Assembly: GCA_964609895.1 (NCBI GenBank)
Contig: CAZSTG010000002.1
Span: forward strand, 84,373 to 148,372
From: an uncultured Gammaproteobacteria bacterium
GTDB lineage: Bacteria > Patescibacteriota > Microgenomatia > UBA10105 > UBA927
Direction: 5' to 3'
Length of the DNA stretch: 64,000 bases
Shown here: piece after piece, positions 47,482 through 57,379 of the stretch
Numbering within the stretch: the stretch's first letter is position 1
Layout: every line of letters starts with the position of its first letter
The notes under the pieces: model-generated
The model's database searches: none
What the model was told of the DNA's origin: nothing
The model's input: only the letters and a program-made list of their open reading frames with translations
Program-made: the position numbers and the translations under genes

Positions 47482-48894
47482 ATGAAAAAATATACTAAAA
47501 TTGTTGCAACAATAGGTCCGACATCAGATACTCGTTCAGGCATTACCTCGCTTATAAAAGCGGGGGTAAATGTGTTTCGGTTTAATATGAAACACAACAC
47601 CATTGACTGGCATGAAGAACGGATCAGTCTGGTTAAATCCATTGCCGAAGAACTCCATACGCCGGTCGGCGTTCTCATTGATCTGCAGGGGCCGGAAATC
47701 CGTTTGGAGACACCGGAGAAACAGCCGATTATCCTCAAAAAAGGTGATCGGTATCCTGTGACCTCTTCCGTAATTCCAGGAGTAAAATCCATTTGTGTCC
47801 CGCATGCAGCCGTATTTTCCGAGTTACACGTCGGCGATGCATTTCTTATTGACGACGGGTTTATTGAAGCGACCATTGTTGATGTCAACAAAGAAGGTTT
47901 TATTATTGAGTTGCAGGAAGATGCGGTCATTAAACACCGGAAAGGTGTGAATCTGCCGGGGAAACATATTGATCTGCCGTCTCTGATCAGTGATGATTTG
48001 TTAAAACTTGATATGGCAGCAAAAAGTAACGTGGATTTTGTGGCGCTGTCATTTACGAGGACAAAAAAAGATGTTGACATACTCCGTGAGGAAATGAAAA
48101 AACGTCATGTTGATGCCCTCATTATTGCAAAAATTGAAAGTCAGCCAGCCCTTGATCATCTGAATGAAATTATCACTGCCGCAGACGGCATTATGGTTGC
48201 CCGCGGAGACTTAGGCATTGAGACACCGATCGAACGACTTGCCTATGAACAAAAACAGATGATCATGGAATGCAGGAGACAGCGGAAACCGGTGATTGTG
48301 GCAACACAAATGCTGCAATCCATGTGCGAGAATCCGCGTCCGACGCGGGCAGAGGCCACGGATGTCGCCAATGCCGTGTATGATCTGACGGATGCCACCA
48401 TGCTTTCTCAGGAGTCCGCATCGGGATCCTTCCCTGAAAAATCCGTTGCAACCATGGCGCGTATTCTTGCATGGAATGAAAAACATACTGTTCCTTCATG
48501 GATTGATCCGGTTGAGGAAAAAACAACGGATATCATTGTGCACGCGATGTTACCGATTGTTGCCGACACAAAAAAGCACACAGTTGATGCGGTTGTTGTC
48601 CTGACGGAGACGGGGTATACGGCACGATGTGTTGCAGGTACGAGACCGGGAGTGCCAATCATCGCAGTATCAGACAATGAAAAAACAATTGAAGCGCTGA
48701 CGTTGTCATATGGAGTGACACCAGTATATATGCGGTTTCCGCTGACAGGCACAATTACCACCACCAGTGCTGTTTTATCTGAACTGAAGAAAATGGAATT
48801 TGTGAAGGAAGGAAACAAAGTTATTCTAATTCATGGATCAACATGGAAAAAACCTGGACTTACCAACACTGTGACTCTTGTTGAAGTATCCTGA
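47482..48894 (+). CDS. pyk: Pyruvate kinase
   Basis: TKIVATIGP, DLQGPEIR, IIAKIE, IMVARGDLG, ATQML.SM, PTRAEATDVANAV. Confidence 0.97.
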   Translation: MKKYTKIVATIGPTSDTRSGITSLIKAGVNVFRFNMKHNTIDWHEERISLVKSIAEELHTPVGVLIDLQGPEIRLETPEKQPIILKKGDRYPVTSSVIPGVKSICVPHAAVFSELHVGDAFLIDDGFIEATIVDVNKEGFIIELQEDAVIKHRKGVNLPGKHIDLPSLISDDLLKLDMAAKSNVDFVALSFTRTKKDVDILREEMKKRHVDALIIAKIESQPALDHLNEIITAADGIMVARGDLGIETPIERLAYEQKQMIMECRRQRKPVIVATQMLQSMCENPRPTRAEATDVANAVYDLTDATMLSQESASGSFPEKSVATMARILAWNEKHTVPSWIDPVEEKTTDIIVHAMLPIVADTKKHTVDAVVVLTETGYTARCVAGTRPGVPIIAVSDNEKTIEALTLSYGVTPVYMRFPLTGTITTTSAVLSELKKMEFVKEGNKVILIHGSTWKKPGLTNTVTLVEVS

Positions 48895-48930
48895 AACAGG
48901 ATATGATGGAATCAAGGAGAAAATCTCATC

Positions 48931-51063
48931 ATGAATACTGTTTCACTTCAGTCCGTTTTTTCGCCCAAATCCATTGCTTTGGTCGGAGCCTCAGCCAAAC
49001 AGGGTAGTGTCGGGAATAATCTCATGAAGAATCTGGTTGGGAACGGTTTTTCCGGCACGCTGTATGCGGTGAATCCGACGAGTCAGATGATCGAAGGGGT
49101 ACAGTCTGTTCCGTCACTTTCTTCTATCGGAAAACCTGTGGATCTTGCAATCATTGCCGTCAACGCGGGACTGGTCTTATCGGTGGTGGAAGAGGCGGGA
49201 AAATGCGGCATCAAAGGGCTTATCATTATTTCTGCCGGATTTAAGGAAGCAGGCGCAGAAGGAAAAGCGCGTGAAACGGAACTTGCAACATTGTGTGAAG
49301 AGTATGGCATTGCCATGATTGGGCCAAATTGTCTGGGAGTTTTGCATCCGTCATTGGGTCTCAACGCATCATTTGCACCACTCATGCCAAAGAGTGGACC
49401 CATGGCGTTTATTTCCCAAAGCGGTGCGTTAGGGACGGCTGTTATTGATTTTGCACGGGATCTTGATATCGGTTTTTCAACCTTCATCAGCATGGGAAAC
49501 AAGGCAACGGTAGATGAAGTAGAACTCTTGTCCTATTTTGAAACAGACGAGGAAACGAAAGTTATTCTTATGTATGTTGAAGACATCAAAGACGCAGCAG
49601 CATTTGTCCGTGTTGCCAAACGCATTACACACGGAAGTCATGCAAAGCCCATTATATTTCTTAAAGCCGGAAGAACCAAAGCGGGAGCAACCGCATCAGT
49701 TTCCCATACCGGAGCTCTTGGAGGTAATGATGCCTATTATGATGCCATTGCATTTCAATCGGGTGCAATAAGAGCAACCACTATTCAGGAACTTTTTTCT
49801 AATGCGTTGATGTTTGCCCATAACCCACTGCCAAAAGGGAACAATGTGGCAGTGATTACGAATGCAGGGGGACCAGGAGTCTTGATGACAGACACTGCTG
49901 TATTATCTGGTCTTTCCATGGCAACACTTCAAGAACAAACAGTAACGAAGTTAAAAGAAGTACTCCCCATGTGTGCAAACTGCTTAAATCCCATTGACGT
50001 TTTAGGAGATGCCAAAAGCGATCGGTATGAGGCGGCATTCAGCGCAATATCAAGAGATTTAGGTGTTGATAGTTTGCTTGTGTTGTTAACACCACAAGCA
50101 GGCACGGAGATTGAGCGCACTGCAGAAAAAATCATTGCACTCAAAAAAACAATTACAAAATCAATTGGTGTGTCGTTTGTTGGAGGACCGTTAGTTGCTC
50201 CAGGTATGAATTTACTTCGGAAGGAAAATGTTGCCGCATTTTCATATCCGGAGGACGCCTCGCGTGCACTTGCAACCGTGACAGAATTTGCACTTGAAAA
50301 GAATCGAAGTGTTGATGAAACACCACAAACATTTACTGATGTTAACAAGAAAGACACAACAGAGATTTTGTCTTCATACGGGAAGACACAAAAAGAATTG
50401 TTGCCTGAGAAAAAAGCACATGAAGTATTAAAAGCGTATGGGTTTCCAGTGCTTGCGTCTTCCATTGTGACAAAACGGGAAGATCTGGTTTTGGCGGTAC
50501 AAACAATGGGAGTACCTGTAGCAATGAAGATTATTTCTCCTGATATTACGCACAAAAGTGATGTTGGGGGAATTGCCTTACACGTAACGGCAGAAGACAT
50601 AGAGGCAAAATATGACGTGATGATGGAGACGGTGGCTAAAAATGCGCCATCTGCAAAACTTGAGGGAGTACTTTTAGTAGAAATGGCGCCTTCTGGTGGT
50701 ATCGAGCTTATATTAGGCGTGAATCGTCAAAAAGGATTTGGAACAGCCATTATGGTAGGGCTTGGTGGAATATATGTTGAAGCGTTTAAGGATGTGGCCT
50801 TTGGGATTTCGCCTATCAGCCATGATGATGCGGAAAGCATGGTCAAACGGTTACATGTGAACACCATACTGAAAGGAGTTCGTGGAAAACCACCGATGGA
50901 TATTCCAAAACTTGTGGAGTTGATAGAGCGATTGTCACAACTTGTTGTTGACCACCCTGAAATAGTTGAACTGGATATTAATCCATTACTACTGCTTCCT
51001 GAAGGACAGGGTGGGAAAGTGTTGGATGTGCGGATTGCAGTGGAAAAAAGTGAAGCCAAATAA
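48931..51063 (+). CDS. Acetate-CoA ligase (ADP-forming), fused alpha/beta
   Basis: PKSIALVGAS, GPNCLG, SQSGA, SHTGAL, TNAGGPG, NPIDVLGDA, HKSDVGG, ELDINP; no GNAT domain. Confidence 0.93.
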   Translation: MNTVSLQSVFSPKSIALVGASAKQGSVGNNLMKNLVGNGFSGTLYAVNPTSQMIEGVQSVPSLSSIGKPVDLAIIAVNAGLVLSVVEEAGKCGIKGLIIISAGFKEAGAEGKARETELATLCEEYGIAMIGPNCLGVLHPSLGLNASFAPLMPKSGPMAFISQSGALGTAVIDFARDLDIGFSTFISMGNKATVDEVELLSYFETDEETKVILMYVEDIKDAAAFVRVAKRITHGSHAKPIIFLKAGRTKAGATASVSHTGALGGNDAYYDAIAFQSGAIRATTIQELFSNALMFAHNPLPKGNNVAVITNAGGPGVLMTDTAVLSGLSMATLQEQTVTKLKEVLPMCANCLNPIDVLGDAKSDRYEAAFSAISRDLGVDSLLVLLTPQAGTEIERTAEKIIALKKTITKSIGVSFVGGPLVAPGMNLLRKENVAAFSYPEDASRALATVTEFALEKNRSVDETPQTFTDVNKKDTTEILSSYGKTQKELLPEKKAHEVLKAYGFPVLASSIVTKREDLVLAVQTMGVPVAMKIISPDITHKSDVGGIALHVTAEDIEAKYDVMMETVAKNAPSAKLEGVLLVEMAPSGGIELILGVNRQKGFGTAIMVGLGGIYVEAFKDVAFGISPISHDDAESMVKRLHVNTILKGVRGKPPMDIPKLVELIERLSQLVVDHPEIVELDINPLLLLPEGQGGKVLDVRIAVEKSEAK

Positions 51064-51134
51064 GAACGCGCGAGCAGTGAAGGTGCCAGATTTGGCAATA
51101 CAATCTGGCACCCTATCCATAGAATGTGTGTTGA

Positions 51135-51776
51135 TTATCCCGCAGCCTCCCGTAATTTTTTTTCAATACTTTCCTGAATTTTTGCTTTTATTTCGTCAAT
51201 TGTTGAGCAGAAATTTGTCGGCGTAGCTACAGCTAAGCTTCCATCAAATCGACCTGGATAGACATCGATTGTCCATATCTCTTTGTTGTTGAGCACGATG
51301 GTACATGTTTTGTATACTGTTGTTTTGTATAAGGTATCATATAAAGCACCATGTGCTCTGGGCTGGTCCTGTATATCAACTGGTCCTTCAAAATCATGTT
51401 GTCCGCTAGCATGTTGATCCCAACCGGCAATATCATCAAAATAACTGGATCGCAGATTTGAGATACTCGTCGTTTTAACAAAACTCCACTTGATAGCAAG
51501 GTGTTGATGCTCCTTCTGCAGAGCCTGTTGCAGTTGAAGAAGATAGTTATTAATCAGGGCAACCTGGGTGTCTAAACGTTTTGGTGCTTGTTTTTTTATT
51601 TCATCGTTTTTTTGTTTTTTCTCTTCCTCCTCTTTTTGGTGTTTCTGCTCTTGCTGCTTGAGGGCAAAATAAAGCATTGGGTTTTCTTTTCTCAAGTCAC
51701 GTTTTGGCCTGGGTGTTACAGCCGGTTTAATCCACGAAAAATCATTACCATTTCCGTTACTATTCTGATCCGACAT
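51135..51776 (-). CDS. Orphan protein (~213 aa, N-terminal coiled coil) enclosed by a 17-bp inverted repeat
   Basis: AAAGGA RBS before ATG 51776 (alternative ATG 51785); IR at 51053-51069 and 51811-51827. Confidence 0.75.
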   Translation of the reverse strand: MSDQNSNGNGNDFSWIKPAVTPRPKRDLRKENPMLYFALKQQEQKHQKEEEEKKQKNDEIKKQAPKRLDTQVALINNYLLQLQQALQKEHQHLAIKWSFVKTTSISNLRSSYFDDIAGWDQHASGQHDFEGPVDIQDQPRAHGALYDTLYKTTVYKTCTIVLNNKEIWTIDVYPGRFDGSLAVATPTNFCSTIDEIKAKIQESIEKKLREAAG

Positions 51777-51902
51777 TTCCCACATCCTTTCACTGTTATA
51801 TATGGATTTTGCGTTCTTATTTGGCTTTTGAAAAGAGCAAAAAGCCAGACGACAATTTTCTCTGCTAGTAGAGAAGCTTCATTTGGTTTGAGCAGTGGCG
51901 TT

Positions 51903-51932
51903 AGTATAGGATAAAATCGCGGTCGAATGCAA
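51903..51932 (-). promoter_or_regulatory. Sigma70 promoter of the orphan gene
   Basis: TTGCAT-18-TATACT on the minus strand, just after the gpmI stop. Confidence 0.6.
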
Positions 51933-51937
51933 CCAAA

Positions 51938-53434
51938 TCAGATAAATGAAGAGCCCGTCATTTCATTCGGTTTTTCGATTCCCAACATTTCAAGAATTGT
52001 GGGAGCAATATCGGCGAGGGTCAGACCCTCTCTGGTTATTTTTTTGTATGTATTGTTGACGAGAATGAGAGGAACGGGATTCGTACTGTGACTGGTGATC
52101 ATTTCTCCAGTTTTTTCATTTTTCATTTCATCTGCGTTTCCATGGTCAGCCGTGATGATGATAGAATAGCCATGCTCTAGCGCTTTTGGAACAAGAGTGC
52201 TAAGCGCAGTATCAATTGCTTCAATTCCTTGTATGGTTGCTTCCATGTTTCCTGTGTGTCCGACCATGTCGGCGTTACACATATTGGTGGCAATGAATTG
52301 GTGTTTTTCTCCTTCGATATCTTCAAGAATTTCTTTGGCGATATCAGGTGTCCGCATCTCGGGTCGCTCATCATGTGTTTTGATATCAGAGTAGGAGTCG
52401 AGGAGGATGCGATCTTCTCCTTCAAAGGCATCCAACTTTTTGCTGTTAAAGAAATAGGTGAGGTGATTGAATTTTTCTGTTTCCGTGATTCTGAGTTCTT
52501 TCACATGATTTTTTCCTAGTGTCTCACCAAGCGTGTTCGTCACTGTCTCAGGAGGGAAGGCGACAGGACAAGCAAATTCCTCTCTATATTGTGTCATGGC
52601 AACAAACAAAAGGTTATTGATGTGTGCATCCAGTGTTTTTTTCGTCAGTTCTACTGCACGGTCCGAACGAAAGTTTACGAATATGACTGCGTCACCTTCT
52701 TTGTACGTGCAAGCGTTACCAATGATGCACGGTTTGATAAATTCATCTGTTTCGTTGTTTTTGTAGGAAGATTCCATTGCCTCTAGCACTGTGTTGTATT
52801 GAGTGCCAACGCCATGTGCAAGTGCGTTCCATGCGATATCAATTCTGTCCCAGTTGGTATCTCTATCCATTGCATAATACCTGCCAGTGATGCTTGCAAC
52901 TTTTCCAACACCGATTGTTTTCATTTGTTCCTCAAGATCCAAAAGATACTGTTTACCACTTGTTGGCGCAGTATCACGTCCGTCCATGAATGCGTGGGCC
53001 ACGACATTCTGTATGCCGTGATGTTTTGCCATTTCAAGCAATGCATACATATGGGTAGAGTAGGAATGGACTCCGCCTGGACCAATGAGACCTTGAAGAT
53101 GGAGCGTACCACCAGTCTTTTTTACATGCTCCATTGCACCTACGAGTGCCGGATTTTCAAAAAATGTTTTGTCTTCAATTGCCTTGTTTATTTTTACGAG
53201 ATCTTGGTAAATAATACGTCCTGCCCCAATGACCATGTGATTGACTTCGCTTGTTCCCATTTGTCCCTCAGGAAGCCCAACCGCGATTCCTGATGCTGGA
53301 ATAATTGCATGGGGATATTGATTCCACAACGCATCAAATGTTGGTTTGTTGGCAAGGGCAATGGCGTTCCCTTCCTTTTCTTCTCGATACCCCCAGCCGT
53401 CCATGATTACAAGAAGCACTTTGTTTGTTGTCAT
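51938..53434 (-). CDS. gpmI: 2,3-bisphosphoglycerate-independent phosphoglycerate mutase
   Basis: IMDGWG, GLPEGQMGTSEVNH, GRYYAMDRD, NFRSDRA, ADMVGHTG, TADHGNA. Confidence 0.97.
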   Translation of the reverse strand: MTTNKVLLVIMDGWGYREEKEGNAIALANKPTFDALWNQYPHAIIPASGIAVGLPEGQMGTSEVNHMVIGAGRIIYQDLVKINKAIEDKTFFENPALVGAMEHVKKTGGTLHLQGLIGPGGVHSYSTHMYALLEMAKHHGIQNVVAHAFMDGRDTAPTSGKQYLLDLEEQMKTIGVGKVASITGRYYAMDRDTNWDRIDIAWNALAHGVGTQYNTVLEAMESSYKNNETDEFIKPCIIGNACTYKEGDAVIFVNFRSDRAVELTKKTLDAHINNLLFVAMTQYREEFACPVAFPPETVTNTLGETLGKNHVKELRITETEKFNHLTYFFNSKKLDAFEGEDRILLDSYSDIKTHDERPEMRTPDIAKEILEDIEGEKHQFIATNMCNADMVGHTGNMEATIQGIEAIDTALSTLVPKALEHGYSIIITADHGNADEMKNEKTGEMITSHSTNPVPLILVNNTYKKITREGLTLADIAPTILEMLGIEKPNEMTGSSFI

Positions 53435-53439
53435 ACTAG

Positions 53440-54693
53440 TTATTGTAACTGTTCTTCAATGCGGATGAGCCTATTGTATTTTGCTAGTCGTTCCCCTCGA
53501 TCAGGCCCTCCGAATTTACTTTGCTTAGAAGTTCCCACAACGAGATCTGCAATGAAATCGTCATTGGTTTCGCCACCTCTATGCGAGACAACGGTTGTGT
53601 ATCCTGCCTTATGTGCAAGTGTTATTGCATCCAGTGTTTCAGAGACTGTTCCAATCTGATTGACCTTGATGAGGACGCTGTTGACTGCTTTTTTGTCAAT
53701 GGCCGTCTGGATGTGTTTGACGTTTGTTGTTAAGAGATCATCTCCTACAATTTGATGGTCTTTGCCAATTGCACTCGTAAAATATGTCCATTCATCCCAG
53801 TCAGACTCGCTATGCATATCCTCAAGTGACCAGATGGGATATTTCTTTGTCCAGTCAATGACTTTTTCTGTCCATTGTCTGGAAGTGAGTTTTGTGTTTC
53901 CCTCACTTTTTAAGGTGTAGGTGCCACCTTCGTAAAATTCTGATGAGGCAGCATCAAGTCCCAAGACTACTTCATCTCCCATTTTGTATCCTGCTTTTTC
54001 TGTTGCCTCAATCATGAGTTGAAACGCTTCCTCATTGGATTTCATTTCCATTGGACAAAACGCGCCTTCGTATCCAACACCGGTTGCGTAGTGTTTATCT
54101 GCAAGAATTTTTTCTAATGCATGAAAAATTTCTGCTCCTGCCCGAAGAGATTCTTTAAATGTTGAGAATCGTTCTTTCTTTGGAACAACAAAATATTCTT
54201 GACAATCTGTTGACCAGTTTCCGTGTTTGCCTCCTTCAAGGACTAAGAGGAGCGGTTGGGGGAGAACAAATGTTGTATTGCCGACAAGAGATCCAAGGTA
54301 TCTGTAGAGCGGCATATGTTGTGACATGGCTGCAGCGCGTGCGGCTGCCATGGAGACAGCAACGATTGCGTTGCCGCCAAGCTTGCCTTTATTTTCTGTT
54401 CCATCTGCTTCAATCATCAATGTGTCAAGGTTTCTTTGGTTTGTTACATCCTGACCAACAACAACTTTTGTAAGTTCTGTGTTGACGTTTTCCACTGCTT
54501 TGAGGACTCCTTTGCCAAAATATCTTGTCTTGTCACCATCTCGAAGTTCTACGGCTTCTGTAGAGCCAGTAGATGCTCCAGATGGTACGGATGCTGTAGC
54601 TGTGATATCGTTTTCCAGTGTGAGATCAACTTCTATGGTAGGGTGGCCTTTAGAGTCAAGAATTTCTCTGGCGTGTAGGTTTTTGATGTTCAT
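53440..54693 (-). CDS. eno: Enolase
   Basis: AREILDS.G.PT, VPSGASTG..EAVELRD, VGDDL..TN, LIKVNQIGT, SHRGGET, KYNRLIRIE. Confidence 0.97.
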   Translation of the reverse strand: MNIKNLHAREILDSKGHPTIEVDLTLENDITATASVPSGASTGSTEAVELRDGDKTRYFGKGVLKAVENVNTELTKVVVGQDVTNQRNLDTLMIEADGTENKGKLGGNAIVAVSMAAARAAAMSQHMPLYRYLGSLVGNTTFVLPQPLLLVLEGGKHGNWSTDCQEYFVVPKKERFSTFKESLRAGAEIFHALEKILADKHYATGVGYEGAFCPMEMKSNEEAFQLMIEATEKAGYKMGDEVVLGLDAASSEFYEGGTYTLKSEGNTKLTSRQWTEKVIDWTKKYPIWSLEDMHSESDWDEWTYFTSAIGKDHQIVGDDLLTTNVKHIQTAIDKKAVNSVLIKVNQIGTVSETLDAITLAHKAGYTTVVSHRGGETNDDFIADLVVGTSKQSKFGGPDRGERLAKYNRLIRIEEQLQ

Positions 54694-54812
54694 GGGTTTC
54701 TCCTTATAAAAAATAAAAATATAAACGAATTATGGTCGATTACAAAAAGTATATCTGGTTTGAGAGTGAGCCGCAATGCGGCAAGGTGATGTATGGGTGT
54801 ATACTATGTGTA

Positions 54813-55106
54813 GTGAAAAAGTTTTTCTATTGGTTACCACGAATTCTTGCTATTTTGTATATTTGTTTTTTCAGTGTGTTTGCCCTTGATGTATTTGGTG
54901 AGCCTCAGTGGCCGCTTGCACTGTTTATGCATTTGATTCCAAGCATGGTGTTGTTGACCATGACAATAGTTGCTTGGAAGAAGGAGCGAGTAGGTGGAAT
55001 TTTGTTTTTCCTTGCGGGTGTTTTTATACTTGTGTTTTATCATACTCTTTGGATGGCGCTCCCTGCGTTTGCCATTAGTTTTCTTCTGTTGATCAAAAAA
55101 AAGTGA
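54813..55106 (+). CDS. Small multi-TM hypothetical protein
   Basis: WLPRILAIL..FALDVF...FMHLIP; GTG start 7 nt after TATACT. Confidence 0.75.
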   Translation: MKKFFYWLPRILAILYICFFSVFALDVFGEPQWPLALFMHLIPSMVLLTMTIVAWKKERVGGILFFLAGVFILVFYHTLWMALPAFAISFLLLIKKK

Positions 55107-55120
55107 TACACTTTCTTTCC

Positions 55121-55142
55121 TCAGGAGAGGGTCAGATCCTTG
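55121..55142. repeat. Degenerate AGGGTCAGACCCT element
   Basis: TCAGGAGAGGGTCAGATCCTTG matches the copy starting at 2419 over its first 16 nt. Confidence 0.65.
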
Positions 55143-55147
55143 TGAAA

Positions 55148-55188
55148 TGTAATGTATACTTGACAAAATGTAAAGAATATATTACATT
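55148..55188 (+). promoter_or_regulatory. Promoter overlapped by two palindromic operators (probable XRE autorepression)
   Basis: TTGACA(55160)-17-TACATT; boxes TGTAATGTATACTTGACA and AATGTAAAGAATATATTACATT. Confidence 0.7.
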
Positions 55189-55197
55189 ATTCCCTAT

Positions 55198-55596
55198 ATG
55201 AACCTAAAAAAATATAAGCAACTTCGTGCGGCAGTTGCGTTTTTTGTCGCCGCCCTCGTATCAATTTCAGTGACCAGCAAAACATATTTGCTTGCCATAG
55301 CGGCAACTGTTACGGGAATGCTATTTTTGACGTTTGTGCGATCAAAGGTAAAAATTATCATTGACGAACGGGAAAAGACAATGAGGGAAAAAGCCGCGCA
55401 GATGACCTATGCGATTTTTACTCCGACCATCGGATTCGGCGCACTGCTTTTGACGATGTTTGCGCGTGACGAATATCCATATCTTCAATCACTTGGTATT
55501 GTGTTTTCCTATCTGACGTTGTTTTTGATTGCACTGTATTCTATTTCATTTTTTATTCTCAACCGGCAGATGGGAGGGGGCAGCGATGAAGAATAA
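55198..55596 (+). CDS. DUF2178-like membrane protein
   Basis: 4 TM with IDERE...EKAAQMTY; coupled to the XRE regulator. Confidence 0.8.
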   Translation: MNLKKYKQLRAAVAFFVAALVSISVTSKTYLLAIAATVTGMLFLTFVRSKVKIIIDEREKTMREKAAQMTYAIFTPTIGFGALLLTMFARDEYPYLQSLGIVFSYLTLFLIALYSISFFILNRQMGGGSDEE

Positions 55597-55795
55597 AATA
55601 AAAATATACCGCGCGACTTTGGGGTTGACACAGGAAGAACTGGGAGAAAAAATCGGTGTTACGAGACAGACAGTGATTGCGATAGAGAATGATAAATATC
55701 TGCCGTCGCTCGGACTCGCGTTAAAAATTGCCCGGTTATTCCACAGTGCAGTTGAAGATGTATTTATATATGAAGACAAGGAGGAATCAGTATGA
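55586..55795 (+). CDS. XRE family HTH transcriptional regulator
   Basis: MKNKIKIYR..LTQEELGEKIGVTRQTVIAIE.DKY.PSL.LA.KIA. Confidence 0.95.
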   Translation: MKNKIKIYRATLGLTQEELGEKIGVTRQTVIAIENDKYLPSLGLALKIARLFHSAVEDVFIYEDKEESV

Positions 55796-56190
55796 AAGCG
55801 ATGCTGAAAACTGTGTTGTATCTGGGTGCTATAGGCATCAGTTTGTTTCTTCTTATATTTGTGATTTCTTGTACATGGATCGGATTTGATGTGAAGGCGC
55901 AGTGTCAGACGGCAACGCGTGCCTACGGAGGGGATTGCGTCACAGCACTCAGTACCTTGCTTTCGGATGAACATCGGGGTTTTCGTGAACGGAATAATGC
56001 AATTTGGGCACTTGGGCAACTTGGCGATAGTCGTGCGTATCCATTGCTGTCTAAGATGTATACAGGAAATATTCCTGACCGCGAGCCGTTGGATGGGATG
56101 ATCAGTCAATATGAGCTGAAGAAGGCGGTTGCACTCACAAACGGCGGATTCAACATGACCGCCGTCTTCTGGCGGTACGACATCCGATAA
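55792..56190 (+). CDS. Membrane-anchored HEAT-repeat-like protein
   Basis: N-terminal TM; RNNAIWALGQLGDSRAYPLL; ATGA overlap and AAGGAGG RBS. Confidence 0.75.
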   Translation: MKAMLKTVLYLGAIGISLFLLIFVISCTWIGFDVKAQCQTATRAYGGDCVTALSTLLSDEHRGFRERNNAIWALGQLGDSRAYPLLSKMYTGNIPDREPLDGMISQYELKKAVALTNGGFNMTAVFWRYDIR

Positions 56191-56235
56191 CGCTTCGCGA
56201 CCGGTTTCGGAGAGGCAATCTTTTTTTGTGCTATC

Positions 56236-57339
56236 ATGAATGGCATGAACAGAAAAAAACTCCTTGTTTGGTTGTTTTGGATATGCGGGGTATTCCTGTT
56301 TGATGGCCTCGTCGGTCATTTTTATCTGCAAAAAACACACCGACAGTATTTTTTTGACGCATGGGAAAAAGAGCGCGGCAACGTCAACCGGGTTTCCGAC
56401 AGTATGTTTCACCACGGCCTCGTGCCCAACACAACAGTGCAGTATCGATGGAACTACAGTGATCTGTATCCCATATATGTCAACTCGCTCGGTCTGCTGG
56501 ACAAGGAAATCCGTTTTATTCCCAAGACGACAGATAGGCATAGAATTCTTTTCTTAGGTGATTCATTCACGGAGGGGTTAGGGTATCCATATGAAAAAAC
56601 ATTTGTCGGACGGATAGCTCAGGCATTAGGAGACGGGCAATACGATGTGTTAAACGGCGGACTCATGACGTATTCTCCAAAACTGTATTTGGAAAAAGCA
56701 AAATACATCATCGATTCTCAGGAGATACAGGTAGATGAAGTTGTCATCCTTCTTGATCTGTCGGATATTCATAATGAAGCCTATAAATACAGGGATTTCC
56801 AACCGGTTGAAGATACCAATATAGCAGGCGCAGCGCAGATGGTTGTTCGCCATTCATTTTTTGACAAGGCAAAGGGAGTGATTATTGATAATTCATTGTT
56901 GGTCAATTCCTTATACACCATCACGGTGCGGAAAAAGGAAGAGGAACAGATTCTCGCCCGTTTGTATCCCTATCAGACAGACTATCAGGCGTGGACGTAC
57001 GATGAGGAACAGTTTGCCGCGTATGGGGAAACCGGACTTACCTTGTGCAGAACGTATTTGTCGGAACTCGTCGCCTTTTTACGAAGTCATACAGTCTCAA
57101 CCATTACGCTTGTTGTATATCCATGGCCGCAGCAGATCGCCCGCGATACAGTGGATTCCATACAGGTGAACTACTGGCAGGCCTTTGCTGAAGAACAGCA
57201 TATTGCCTTTGTCAATTTGTTTCCGCAGTTTTTTTCCTATCAGCAAAAGGAGAATCTGTACAACGCTGATAATCATTTTAACGAGCGGGGGCATCAGGTT
57301 GTGGCTGACGTTCTGATACAAGCCATTGCTGCCAAATAA
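56236..57339 (+). CDS. Membrane-anchored SGNH/GDSL family protein
   Basis: TM, VNSLG..D, RILFLGDSFTEG, YSP, ADNHFNERGH; start may be 56245. Confidence 0.88.
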   Translation: MNGMNRKKLLVWLFWICGVFLFDGLVGHFYLQKTHRQYFFDAWEKERGNVNRVSDSMFHHGLVPNTTVQYRWNYSDLYPIYVNSLGLLDKEIRFIPKTTDRHRILFLGDSFTEGLGYPYEKTFVGRIAQALGDGQYDVLNGGLMTYSPKLYLEKAKYIIDSQEIQVDEVVILLDLSDIHNEAYKYRDFQPVEDTNIAGAAQMVVRHSFFDKAKGVIIDNSLLVNSLYTITVRKKEEEQILARLYPYQTDYQAWTYDEEQFAAYGETGLTLCRTYLSELVAFLRSHTVSTITLVVYPWPQQIARDTVDSIQVNYWQAFAEEQHIAFVNLFPQFFSYQQKENLYNADNHFNERGHQVVADVLIQAIAAK

Positions 57340-57379
57340 CAGCTATAGTAGTAATGTATTTTGCACGTACTGTATATCC

